Source: Oculina patagonica
Lineage: Eukaryota
Assembly (NCBI RefSeq): GCF_052425735.1
Contig: NC_135766.1
Span: forward strand, 310,001 to 374,000
DNA length: 64,000 nucleotides
Direction of reading: 5' to 3'
Under the pieces are notes generated by a model that worked only from the letters and a program-made list of their open reading frames with translations, had not been told where the DNA came from and did no database searches. Positions 10,980 to 23,397 of the stretch are shown here, one piece after another. Each line of letters starts with the position of its first letter. The stretch's first letter is position 1. A program made the position numbers and the translations under genes.

Positions 10980-13283
10980 CAAAACGTTCTACGTGTACCT
11001 TCAGCAAATGGTTACACTGCAAACTGACCATCCAGATATCTATTTCATTTTTTGAATGGTCTGCATGTTGTTCGCCACACTGATGAATTTTGGGATGGCC
11101 TTTCAACTAATTTGATAACTGAAGAAACGCGAGCGCAGCATCAAATCAACTGGCGGCCTTACAAGAGAAAGAGGAATGATTGAGCTGCAAAGATTAGTGT
11201 GGGTCAAGTCTATGCCTGTCTGTTGCGACATGAACAGGTCTATGCAAGATTTCACCAGCGTCGCTTACAACACTAGCCGGCAACACGTAGAAGCTTTAGA
11301 CACTCGACAGAAGAAAGACTGCAAGGATACAGAGAACTGACTAGCCTACCTTCTACGGATAAGGAACCTCTTTTCCAAGGGTGATACCTGACTAAGAAGC
11401 ATAGTATCAGGAGTTGTAGAACAGGAATCTGTAAATGTTGATCATGCTGGACGATCCTCAAGTCTATGCAGGTAAGAGTATCAATGAGTATTCTTTTAAA
11501 CGAAAGCAACAAGCTACCACCTTTGGATCAAAAGCGACTGTGGCAATCACAAGGATCATGTGCAAATTGATCCACAGTTGCTCTTTTAGCGATTGCTCGT
11601 CGTTGCCACAAATTGAATTAATGGACTTACTGGACTTAATGGATCCTTAACAAGCTACCCTGTTACTTAATTTGAAACCACATTTGTCCCTAGACAAGCA
11701 GATAAACCAGTGCTAGCTTATGGATTTTGGAAGGAGGTAAAACTTGAAGAAATGTCACAACCTAGCCAACTACTCTATGTTATTGATGGAGGAGCATTAC
11801 TGCTTCATCGTATCCCATGGAAAAACGGTACAACCTTTTTGTGACATCTGTAGCTGCTATGTTCAATACGTTTCTCAAAAAAATAATTATGACAGGGGTA
11901 TTGTTGTTTTTGACGGTTATTGCAATGGACCCACTCAAGAAGAGGATCAAACAACACTGTAGCTGTACATTGTGATCTTCTGAGCACACTCACTGTAAAG
12001 AAAGACGTTTTTCTGCGAGACAAACAGAATAAACAACGTTTCATCAACATGCTGAGTGAGAAGTTAAAGGAGGTGAGGTTTGACACCATCCATGGTGCAG
12101 GTGATGCTGATATCTTGATAGCTCAGACTGCGGTCTCTGTTCTGCTACTAGAGACAGCGTCGTCATCGATCGCAGATGACACAGACATTTTAAATTTACT
12201 CTGCCATCATGGAAACAACAGCAACAAGAAACTTTTCTTCAAACCAGAGCCGAAACGAGGAGTCCGCGCAAGGCAAGGTTTGCCGGGACATCCAAGCTAC
12301 TTTTTCTGTACTCGGGTCAAACCTCTGCAGACATCTCCCGTTTCTACACGCGCTGCTGTGATGTGATACCACGTCACGGTCTGTTTGGTATTTGGAAAGG
12401 CCGTCGGTCTTAAGAAGTGATCACAGTTGTAGCAGCGTACCGAAGTATTTTATAATGGCAATTCGTTGAAAAAAGATGTTATCAAAGCAGGAGAACGCGC
12501 ATTGGTAGAGTTGTATGGCGGCAAGGTGACCAACAGTTTGGAGGCCTGCGATATTCTTGCCTCTGACGTCGTCTGCGGCAAAATTTCATTCCCTTCGCAT
12601 GTATTACCAGGAATCAAGAGCTTCCACCGTGTGACTGGGGATGAAAAAAAAAAAAAAAAAAAACAGATAGTACCCTAACTCCGGAAATGACCGACAAAAC
12701 TCCTGCACTGGAAACTCTCCTCCGCATTTTCAGATGTAACTGCAAGGTGGACTGTAACATTGCTCAATCGGCAGTTACAGAAAACACGGACTTGACTGTT
12801 CACCTGCCTGTGGAGGGTGTCGTGGAAGTGCTTGTTTCAATTCACACCAGCTCTGACAGATCCAGATAGTGATACAAAGGACGCAGTCAATGCCATATGA
12901 TTTAATTTCAGTACTGTTAGAAAGGTACCGATAGATAATCAGTGATGTTTTATGTCTGAAGGTAGTCCAGTTACTGACCAGCAAGGGTTGATAAATTGCT
13001 ATTTTAATACTTTTTTGTTGAATATTGTTTTGAAAGCGGTCCATGGTAGAACTTAAATGTACACTTTACATAAAAGCACAATGTTTTACATGTTAATTGT
13101 AACTACAAGTAATTTGCATAAAAACATAGCAGTCTTCATCACATGGAGTTTTTTTTGTATTTCCCATAAGTTGGTTTTTGTTGACTTTTAGTATGTTAAT
13201 ATACATGCCTCAAAAGCAAACAATATGACAAGAAAAATTATGTTGCAAGCATTTTGACCTCCTGGCATAACTTTACTGGGCTA
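10980..13283 (+). mobile_element. Degenerate Academ-type DNA transposon (XPG/PIN-like nuclease and Cys-rich remnants)
   Basis: Broken frames with LLHRIPW, IVVFDGY, NKQRFINMLSEKL, GDADILIAQTA, ADDTDIL and CNCK...CSPACGGCRGSAC; right end ...TTACTGGGCTA at 13283 where host homology resumes; left end lost. Confidence 0.6.
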
Positions 13284-13639
13284 AACGCTTTTTAATCAAA
13301 CCAATATCCATCCAAAAGAAAAAAATTAAAGATTTATTCCAACACAACCAGAACAAACGTTTATATATTAACTGTCTTAGCCAAACACGGTTAGAAAAGT
13401 GTTCTATTATTGCAACACTTCAATCCAACCAACTAAAACTGGATCCGATTAAAAAGATTGTACCCAGGAAAAGAAGACCTTACAGACTCTCGACCCACTC
13501 TTCGCGCTATTATTAAATTTGAAACCTACTCACATTTAAACGGTCGCTAGCGGTGTAACTTTATCTAGTAATGCTATTACTTTTGGTGGCTATTGTCCCC
13601 GTTTGATCATGGCCTATTTAGATCTTATTCAAGTTAAAA

Positions 13640-14008
13640 CACAGGCGGCCCAAGTTCACTGCGGGAATTAATTATTTATAAAGTGTAAGCGAACGTGACT
13701 CTTGGCTTCGAGCGGTGTTGTGTTACAAAGATGCGATTTAAAAGGGTTTGTATGGGAACTTAGCGATTTTGATTCAAAAGGTATGGAATTAAATATTTTA
13801 CGAACACAACATGGAAACAAGGTAAGTCGATTTTATTTTTAAAATATTTAATTTTATACCTTTTGAATGAAAATCGCTAAGTTCCCATACAAACCCTTAT
13901 AAATCGCATCTTTGTAACACGACAGCGCTCAAAGCCAAGAGCCACGTTCGCTTACACTTTATAAATAATTAATTCATGAGATCACGCAGTAAACTTGGGC
14001 CGCCTGTG
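13640..14008. mobile_element. Near-palindromic MITE, paralogous to 3179-3555
   Basis: Same termini and GTTAAAA duplication at the same host position downstream of copy B. Confidence 0.85.
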
Positions 14009-14522
14009 GTTAAAACAAGTAATGTAATATCAGTTGTATCAGATATAATGAACTTCATAACGGTGAAAAAAAAAAAACATAAATACATGTAAAACATTTT
14101 AAGAACTAGATTAAAGAAATCTAGTAGAGATCCATTGATACAAACTATACAGCCAAAATGCAAGCAGCTAAGAATTTACACTTAGAACAACATATTTTTT
14201 GGGCAACATATTTTTTGTCCTTAGACATTGTTGTATTTCATGTTGTAAAGTGTTGTTGCGCTTAACACCTTTAGTATTGCACGCTGCGATAACGCGTTGT
14301 GTGTTGTAGACATGAATTCGTGCAACATGTTTCCACAACTTACAACACTTAACAACCTGCAATGCAACAGTGTTGTGTGACGAGTCAAATGATTTTTTTT
14401 TTTTTCTTTGTTACGTATGCAGAGCCCAGAGGTTGTTTTGAAAGTTATGTTTAAGTTTTCTTTAACGTCTGTCTGGCCTTTATGGTGTATACCAGAATGT
14501 CACCAAGCTGTTTATATACACC

Positions 14523-17443
14523 TCAAATGGCCACGGGATCCTATTGAAGGCAAAAATAAAAACATAAGTCTACTTTAGTTATAGTTTACGTTAACGGTTA
14601 CAAAAAAAAAAACCGCTAAAGGATGGATAAAGCTATTGAGCGGGAAGTGGTAGTAGGCAATTAGTACGTAATTTTTTTCTAAATAAGGTTTTTCTTTGTA
14701 TCGCTAACAAACAGCTATGAAATAGAAACCAAAAACAAACTACGCTGAGTGTATGTAAAAAAAAACAAAAAACAAAGCGTTTCAAAAAAATGCTATTTCG
14801 AAAGCAAAGTTTCGTTACGAGCGTCTTTACAAGCTCGGAAACCCAGGGGCAGTTAGTGTGGGTAGGGAAACGCGAAACTGCGAGGAAAACGTTTTGCATA
14901 ATTATAAAAGTTGGAGCGATGGAAAGGTGCCCCTAGGGGACCAGGCCAGTTTTAAACAGCTCTCTCAATGCTGCCTCCTGATTGGGCAATGATGACGTGC
15001 AATGTTGAGTAATGATGACGCGACGACATCATCCCACGTGACGTATACCAAAAGATAGATGTTCGGACATACTATACATTCTATAACTTTCATTGTGATT
15101 GCTTAAACATTCTGGAAGTTACACATGGAGGCTTCTAAAGCCCCCCCCCCCCCCCCCCTCCCACCCCGTGCGGTCCAAGAAGGTCCAAAAAGCCTGGTCT
15201 TAATATGGTTAAGGGAGTCTACTAATACAGTAGAACCCCGCTAACTCGAACTCTGACAGAAAAGGAAAAGCATTTCGAGTTAGCGGGATTTCGAATTATC
15301 GGGGTCGATTAAGTATTTAATATGCCAAGTTAATAATTGATAGTTTACTGATTTTTCAGCTCTGTAGTCTCCAGTACAGTGCAATTAAACTGATCTCGTC
15401 AGAAACTCTAACACGAACACACAGTCTTATGATAAGAGTGAAAAATGGCTGTCAAATAGGTGATCTGTCGTTGTTCTAACCAATGGGCAACCGTGGCGAG
15501 TTGCAAGAACCGGAATTCGAGTTATCAGGGTAAATTTGACCCAATTTTTGATAAAGGGAAACGAAATTTAGTTCGAGTTAGCGGAGTTTTCGAGTTATCC
15601 GAGTTCGAGATTACCGAGTAAAAATGACTGAAAAGTGGGTTCAAATCCAAGGGAAATGGAAGTTAGTTCGAGTTAGCGGGGTTGTTCGATTTATCCGAGA
15701 TTGAGTTACCGGGGTTCTACTGTAACTTCCTCCCTCACATTGTAAACAGTGGGGGTTCGGATTTTCTTGTCAGTCCGAGGGTTAATGACGTAAGCATACC
15801 AGTCATAATACATGTACCTGTTCGTTTGTCAGCCTCATGTACCCTCCGTGTCTAGAGGACTGAGGAATCTCGACCTGTGGAGGTTGGTAAACTGTGGCGG
15901 TCATGTTGCTAGGTGCCGCAACTTCAACCAGGTGGGATTGAGTACTAACTCCTCCTGAAACGGGTATAACGACCATTTGAGGTTGGCCTGCCTGTGCCCC
16001 TGGTATGACAGTTTGCATTGTAACCATGCCACCATCTGCTTGCAATGGAACGGCCGCAGGAACACCAACAGGGAATGGCGTCATGGCATAACCAGGGTTA
16101 GCAGTATACATCATTTGTCCCTGAGGAGAAAATAAATGTTTGTGCATTAATCGATATTGCATCGAGAAATTGGTGCGCAATAATTTTATTAACAATAATT
16201 ACAGGCTGTTAAGAATTTTTTTCTAAAGAAGAAGGCCTGTCATCAAATATGTTGATGTTGGACATGTATTACATCTAACAAAGAATAGAAACATAAGAAA
16301 CAAACAAACAAACACATCAAGCAATCAAGGAATTCATCCATCCATCAATCAATCAAGCAATCAATCAATTAAAAGAATAAAAATGTTTTGATTCTTAATA
16401 AGAATCACCATCGGCCATTTGATAGAAAAATTAAATTTTAAGTATCAGCATTAGTGGGTGACCATTTACCTTGATGGCTCTGCGTGACGCTCACCTGTTG
16501 TGGTGGAGTGCCATAGCAACATGTGCAAGGTTTCATCAGGCAAAGACACACAGCCGCCCAGATTCCAGTGGCAAACTCGACAATGCCAAGAATCAAAATT
16601 ACCGCACAGAGGGCCATTTCTGTGTCGTATCTGTGGTCTCTTCCACTGTAGTAATAGTCCTCTGTAGGACCGTAACGGCGTCTCCAGTAGGTCAGTGGGA
16701 TGTAACGGCGTCTCCAGTACGCCTCTGTACCGTATTCGTAGTCACGGTGTCGGTAGTAATCATCGTTGTAGTAATAATACCAGCTGTCTCGATATGTAGC
16801 AATTCCTATGCTATAGATAACGATGATTGCTCCACCAAACACAGCTGAGGTGATAGAGAAACCCATGAATACACCAGCCTTATCGAAAAGAGTAAACATT
16901 CATATTTTTAGTAATGATATATAAGCACCACAACATAGCTCCTTAGAAGCTTGTGGTCGCGTGTTCCACATTGTACTTTTCACTTAGCAAAGTTATTTGG
17001 TGTGAGGTATAACTTGGAGAAAACCAGAAATGGAAATAGCACTAGATTAATAAAAAAAAATTGACATGTTTAACGCCTTGGTTTAAATGTTTCTCAAGCT
17101 TAAAGGGTTTGGGTGAAGAAATATACTGGAGATCAAAACCAACTTTTAACACACGTACATTGGACTCTGAGAGTGCTATAAATGGCTACTCAGAGAAGCG
17201 ACAATTATCAAAATGACGTAATGATGTCCGTTTTGTCTCAATTAAGAATCACGTCCATCCGGGAACATCATACATTTAAAAAAAATAAATGCTTTATTTT
17301 CAATATCAAAGTGAATTGATACCAAAAATTGCATAGATTTTTCTTTTATTTACTTTTAATATATTTTTATATATGTTTTCATGTTTTTTTTTTATTTTTA
17401 TCAGTTTTTTCATTATTATTACATTATTTTATGTTTTTTTGTT

Positions 17444-17478
<35 letters not shown>

Positions 17479-19596
17479 TGGGGTGGGGATGTAGAATATG
17501 CGAAAAGAATAGGGGGGGCGGGGCGGGACGAGGCAAGTTTAAGCTCTGCCTTTGTTTCTCAACGTAGATATTTTACCAAAACCATAAAGTCGAATCTAAC
17601 TTACAAAACAGAACCAAAAATCACAGAGTGTGCTGACCAAGAACATTTCACAATTATCTGCATCAACTTACAAATGCATTGCGGGAAGTAGTTCGTTCCT
17701 TGCGAGTGCCAGGGATACCCAGTCCTCCTGCGATGCACATCTGAAATAAGAAAAATGCCATAACATTAAGGAGGTTACTGTGCGTTCCTTGATTTTCATG
17801 ACATAAGCTACCAACGCGAACATTATGAACTTGTGCACATTTATGTTGAATGGCGTTCGTCGTCTTCACGAATGAAAGAGTTATCCTTTCAAATGGTACC
17901 AGGAAAAGTGCCAATAACACAGTTGTTCTTTAATACCGAGAATTTAGGCGCTATTTGGAAGGCCGAAGGAAACACTTCCATGTAGGTAATTGCAATTTCC
18001 GTACAAAATGAATGGTAGAAATTTATCAATTGCAAAATTAGGATGCAAAGCAAGAGATTTAACAAACTGAATAAAATTTAGTTTCCTAGAACTCATTCAA
18101 TTTTTGATCCGAGTTAGCAGTTTTGGCCAAGAATTAAACAAATTTAAAAACACCACAAATTTTCATTTAATCTAAACATGCCTGAATCGAAATGCTTGCC
18201 GAGCAATAAACTGGCCCAAGAAAAAGCGATCTTTACAAGAGCTTAAATACTGATAGTTAAATTGAAAGCATAAATAATAATACTTTACTTAGTACATCTT
18301 AACAGAACAGTAAGCGCGATTTTAGTGACAGCAAGACATTTACGTAAATGGTACGTAAATGTACGTCTATTAGTTGAAATCCGGAATAGGGTAAGCTTCC
18401 GTTCAACTGTTTGGCTATTTTATTTTTCACTTTACGCAGTCATCTAACTTTCACAGGTTTTAAAAGTTTGTTTTTCTCTTTTTATTTATTTATTGACTTA
18501 TTTATTTTATTTAACTTATTTATTTTTTGTTTGAATTAATGAATGCCTCAACTATTGTAGTAGTTTAAGGACCACTGAATAGGTCTGAGTATTCCGGCGA
18601 ACGGTTCGATTGTCGTGATATAATCAAGACAGATTATTCAGCAGAATCTACATTGTAAATACATTTGAGGCGCAAGATTTGACAGACCAAATTTCATTAC
18701 AATTTGTTTAAAAGCCTGTTGAACTTGGAAAAGGTTGAAAATCATTCATTTGCTGAAATTAACTGACAAACTTGTACATGTGTAAGGTATGGAAGTTAAA
18801 TTTGCATCTTATCAAAGTAAAACTCCATATTCGAAATGCTCGCCGAGTGATAGACTCACGGACTTTACGACCTTGATGAGAATAAGTTATGGAATATACG
18901 AAATAATCCCTTCACTGCGTATTATTTTCTTTAACACAGGGATTTAAGCGACTTATCTTATATAACACTCGAAATAAAAAAATGTTTGCGTGTTGTTTGT
19001 CATATCTTCCGAACCCGGAAAAAGCGAAAGTTCTTGTCAGTCGGCATTTCGTATTTCACCTCACGTCACTAATTGTATATTCTCTTCACGACATCTAGTC
19101 TTTACAGGTTGAAAATGGCTTGTAAAGGTTACAAAGTAACTCATGAGATCGATGGTTTTTTCGTGTACCACAAAATCTGCACCAAGATTGTATTTTACAT
19201 ATAACAGACAAATCAGTAAATTTGCCCCACAGGGTATAGCCGAACTGTGTCGATTGTATCCATGCATCACCGTTCAACAACGTGGCTGACTGTTGCTTTG
19301 GCAATGCACCAGCCATGCCGATAAATTATTGTCTTACAGCTAAAAGCTGACCCAAAAACCCGTTACTTGGTCAACTTTAAACAGATATATTAACACGATC
19401 TTCGAATATTCTTATTATGACGGCAAGCACAACTCACCCAAACTCCCATCCAAATGCCGTAACATCCATATCCTGTCCAGTAGTATTGCATAGCACGGTC
19501 TGCGATTCCGAAGCAGATAAGTATAGATCCAACGACGATGTGTACGATGGCAAGAACCCTCGCCATGTTAGCGACCTTCGCTGAATTTTCCGCCAT
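14523..19596 (-). CDS. MS4A/CD20-like tetraspan membrane protein, copy B (intact, 310 aa)
   Basis: Exons 19596-19438, 17740-17672, 16878-16495, 16120-15818, 14540-14523; all GT-AG, phase 0, open throughout. Four hydrophobic helices with GIWMGVW..AGGLGI and LGIVEF motifs, juxtamembrane CLCLMKPCTCC, P/Q/G-rich tail ending YMRLTNEQ-DPVAI. Confidence 0.88.
15228..15722. mobile_element. Tc1/pogo-type MITE in intron 4 of copy B
   Basis: TA TSD; TIR CAGTAGAACCCCG; same insertion at 31390-31883, remnant at ~4713-4846, absent in copy E. Confidence 0.85.
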
Positions 19597-20778
19597 GTTT
19601 AATAAACACTGAGCAGCTATTTGAGATTGTCACGCAATCTTGACTGGCAAGCAGTTTGAACAATAAACTTCCTTGACAACAAAAGAATTTGCATACGTAG
19701 TCTGGTAACCGCTTCGAGGTATCATATTATGTATACAGCTAATTCGAGAAAGGTTGCACGCGAGTGCACGCGACAAAACTGAAAGGTAAATACAGCTAAT
19801 TCGAAAAAGGTTGTCGGAAAAAAAGTACAAAAGTGCACGCGACAAGTCCGAAGAGTTGGAATGGGTAGAAGTTGAAAGCTACTGCACGTGCTGAATACTA
19901 ATAATGTGGAGACATGACAAAAGCGAATTTGCACGTTTTCTTTCTCTTCAGACATATGAAAACAAGGTACTTATAGCCATGTAGAATTTTAGAAGAATTT
20001 TTAAAACTCAAAGCCATACGACAGCAAAAGTAAAGCTACAGAAAAAGGCCTCCTTCGAGGAAAAACAAAATCTTCACGTACAAAAGCACAAATTTATCAA
20101 TTTCCTCTAGGCCATTTTAACTTTTATTATTAATACTGTTTTATCTATTCATTTAGTTATTTTTTCTTCGTCTTTTCTTTATCGGAGAAATTAACTATAA
20201 GCTACCCTTGTAAATCCGAGGTGAAATAAAGGTTATCTGATGTGTGATGCAAAATTCTAGTGAACACCCAGACCACCTTTCGCCCCATTGTCGCGAGCAC
20301 TCTCATACTTTTTTTCCGACAACCTTTCTCGAATTACTGTGTAGTGCAAACGCAGACGACTTTTGACGACTATTTAATTTCGAGCTGGAAAAGGGGAAGT
20401 TATTTGTCTTGTTCGTCTGCTAAAATCTTCTTGAAATCAGCGAAGCATAGATTGTTCTAGCTGTTTCACTACCCGTCGACACTACCATAACACACCAAAT
20501 TATTTTTGTGATTAAAAATAATTTGGTCGTAATCAGACATGATGCAATGGGCATATAACCATTATTTTTGTGACCTCCATCAATTAATCAAAGAGGTCTA
20601 TGACCTACTCGTGAATGCGTTAGATATATTTGAATCGTTCCTTTGAACAGTATAGTATCGGTGGAAAATATTCATTATAGGGATTAATAATAATAATCAA
20701 CTTTATTTAAAGAGGGTGAACATATAACAGGTCGCTTAGGTATAACAATTACTTTTTTTAATCTGTTTAATTGCTTAG

Positions 20779-20852
20779 CAGATCGATGGCTCAGTGGTAA
20801 AGCTCTGCGTTCTAAAGCGTGTGACCCGGGATCGACTCTCGTACCCTGTGGC
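20779..20852 (+). other. tRNA-derived SINE head or tRNA-like pseudogene
   Basis: A-box-like TGGCTCAGTGG and B-box-like GGATCGACTC at tRNA spacing; cloverleaf is imperfect. Confidence 0.35.
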
Positions 20853-22239
20853 TAAAATTATTTTTTTCTTCTTGTTTTTTTTTTTTTCCACGGATAATAT
20901 ATACATATCTCTCTTGTATAGAGTTTCGTTACTCTTTTACTGATTATCCTTTAATAAATCGTGCCGTGCTCTAACCTTCCCAGTCTTTTAATAACACATA
21001 CATAAAGTCACTGGTCATCGTTTCCGCGATTATTATATAAGAAAAGGCAATATTTCATCGTTTGGGAAACGATTGTTTCTCATTTACAGGGGTGAAGTAT
21101 TTTCTACACTTATTTCTTTGAAATGATTCCTTTGTAAAGCTGTATTTTTATTCACAGTAAGACTGCGATCAACTTCTTTTTATTACTATTTATTACAGTC
21201 TTTCGCCTGCATTTTAACTGATAAAAGTCACCGAACTGACCGACATGTTGTATCAATCAATGTCAATCCCGATTTTTATGCTCAAATTCTTTCTCTTTCT
21301 CACATTTTCAAATTTCTCAAAAACTTTGACGTAATATAATAAAACGTGGCGAAGCAATTGGTCAGTGTTCCCTTACCTAACCGTAAATGAAAGTAACTGT
21401 TGTCCCTACGAGCACCCCACAATTGCCACTTGCGCAGAAAACAAAATCTACCAGTACAACCTCCCCTGGCGAAAATCTGTCTTAAGTTCACTCTTTCCAG
21501 TTATTTGAATTTAACACCCGCATTGTAATCGGAAAATTTCAAAAGCTTTCTAGGGTATTTGGAAGCTCTTGTCTTCATTTTCAACAGTTGACCGTATAAG
21601 ATCAAAATTATTACTCGACTAATCACCGAATGAGCCGCTTTTCTTGATAAAAGGGCGAAACGTAGTTCCTCTTGTATTGTTATTGCTGTTGTTTTTTAGT
21701 TGGTTTTTTAGTTATAAGAACAATAGTACAGTTCTGACCTATAATTATGTTAAAGCGCGTAGCATTGTTCTTAAATTAAAGCTACATGTTTTATCAAGGC
21801 CCAACAAATCCAAACAACCGAAAACGGCTGATTCCAGTACATCGCGCAACGCTTTACCAACACGGTTAGAATAATGTTCTACTGGTAAACCAATCCAATC
21901 AACTAGATAGAACTGCATTCGGTTGAAAGGATTAGTCCCAAGAGAGCAAGACATGCTTTCTTCCACTTCTGTCCACTCTTAATAGATTCGTAGCTGCTTC
22001 AATTTTTATCTGCTTTGGTCCGCATTCGCTAAAGTTTAACTTGATTCCAGTACTGGGTGACTATCGTCCCCAATTGGCCAGGGAAAGAACACGATGTGTG
22101 TCTTTATACACATGTATGCAATCAATATCATATTTTAACTTTCAGCTTCTTGACTGAAAAAATCCAATGCGGACACATTGAAAGAATGTACACAGCCAAA
22201 ATGCTAGCAACTTAAAATGTAGACTAAGGGCCCAGTAAC

Positions 22240-22830
22240 TAGGGCTTTCCACAAGTTGCTCGGCAACTTTTTAGCAACTTTTTAGGATTCGAGCAACTTT
22301 TTCCCCTTCGAGCAACTTTTTTCCTCTCGAGCAACTTGTTGCATTTTGAGGCAAGTTCCAGACCGAAGATCTCCGAAGGTTATCCGAGTGTTGTTCAAAG
22401 GCAATACGAACGTTTCCGAAGATTTACGAAGTTTGCCGAAGACTTCCGAGGAACATCTGAAGACGTTTTAACTTTCTGCTCTATCTGGTTTAAAACATTA
22501 CAAAACTCGTCAGCAAACATGACGTCATCGATATCTTCACGATTTTTCTCAGTTAAAGAAATCCTTGTTATTTAACAAATTTTCCCCTTAATATGTTATT
22601 AAGATACTTCTTTTGCTTTAAAATTGCATAAAACTGCTTAGAAATATTACCCTCAAAGGGAAATTAGCATATATTTAGAGAATTTATCTTGATTAGAAAC
22701 AGCGCTTTGGATTTTTTGGAGCAACTTTCGAGCAACTTTTATTGTCAGAAGCAACTTTTTTTGATTTTTGGAGCAACTTTTGAACTTTGCAACTTTTTGG
22801 GAAATCTCGAGCAACTTGTGGAAAGCCCTA
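22240..22830. mobile_element. hAT-type MITE
   Basis: TIR TAGGGCTTTCCACAAGTTGCTCG; 8-bp TSD CCAGTAAC; subterminal AGCAACTTT repeats. Confidence 0.9.
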
Positions 22831-23189
22831 CCAGTAACAAGAAGAGCATTAATATTTTTTTCAACTTTTTCCGCGATATTGTTGTATTGCATGTTATAAA
22901 GTGTTGTTGCGCGTAATACCTATCTTATTTCAAGTTGCGGCAACATGTTGTGCGTAGTAGAAATTGGTTCGTGCAACATGTTACCACAACTTGTAATATG
23001 GGTGCTAATATGTACAGCAACACTTAACAACTTGCAATGCAACAGTGTCGTGATACGAGTCGAATGACTTTGTTTTTTCTGTATAACTGGGCCTCAAAAC
23101 TGTTATTTTTATGCTTTAGTTTTCTTTGACTTCTGTCTGGCGTGCGTTTATGGTGTATACCAAACTTCTACCAAGCATGTATATACAAT

Positions 23190-23326
23190 TCAAATGGCCA
23201 CTGGATCCTAAAGAAAGCAAAAAAGGGAATGATTAAGTTATGGTTTAGGTAAACGATTACAAAAACGCTAGAGGATGAATATGGCTACGAAACGGAAAGT
23301 AAAAGGTAGTAAACAAAAACAAATGA

Positions 23327-23397
<71 letters not shown>

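Noticed and set aside
21150-22200. Possible degraded coding or LINE fragment
   Set aside because: No frame gave a recognisable motif; left unannotated.
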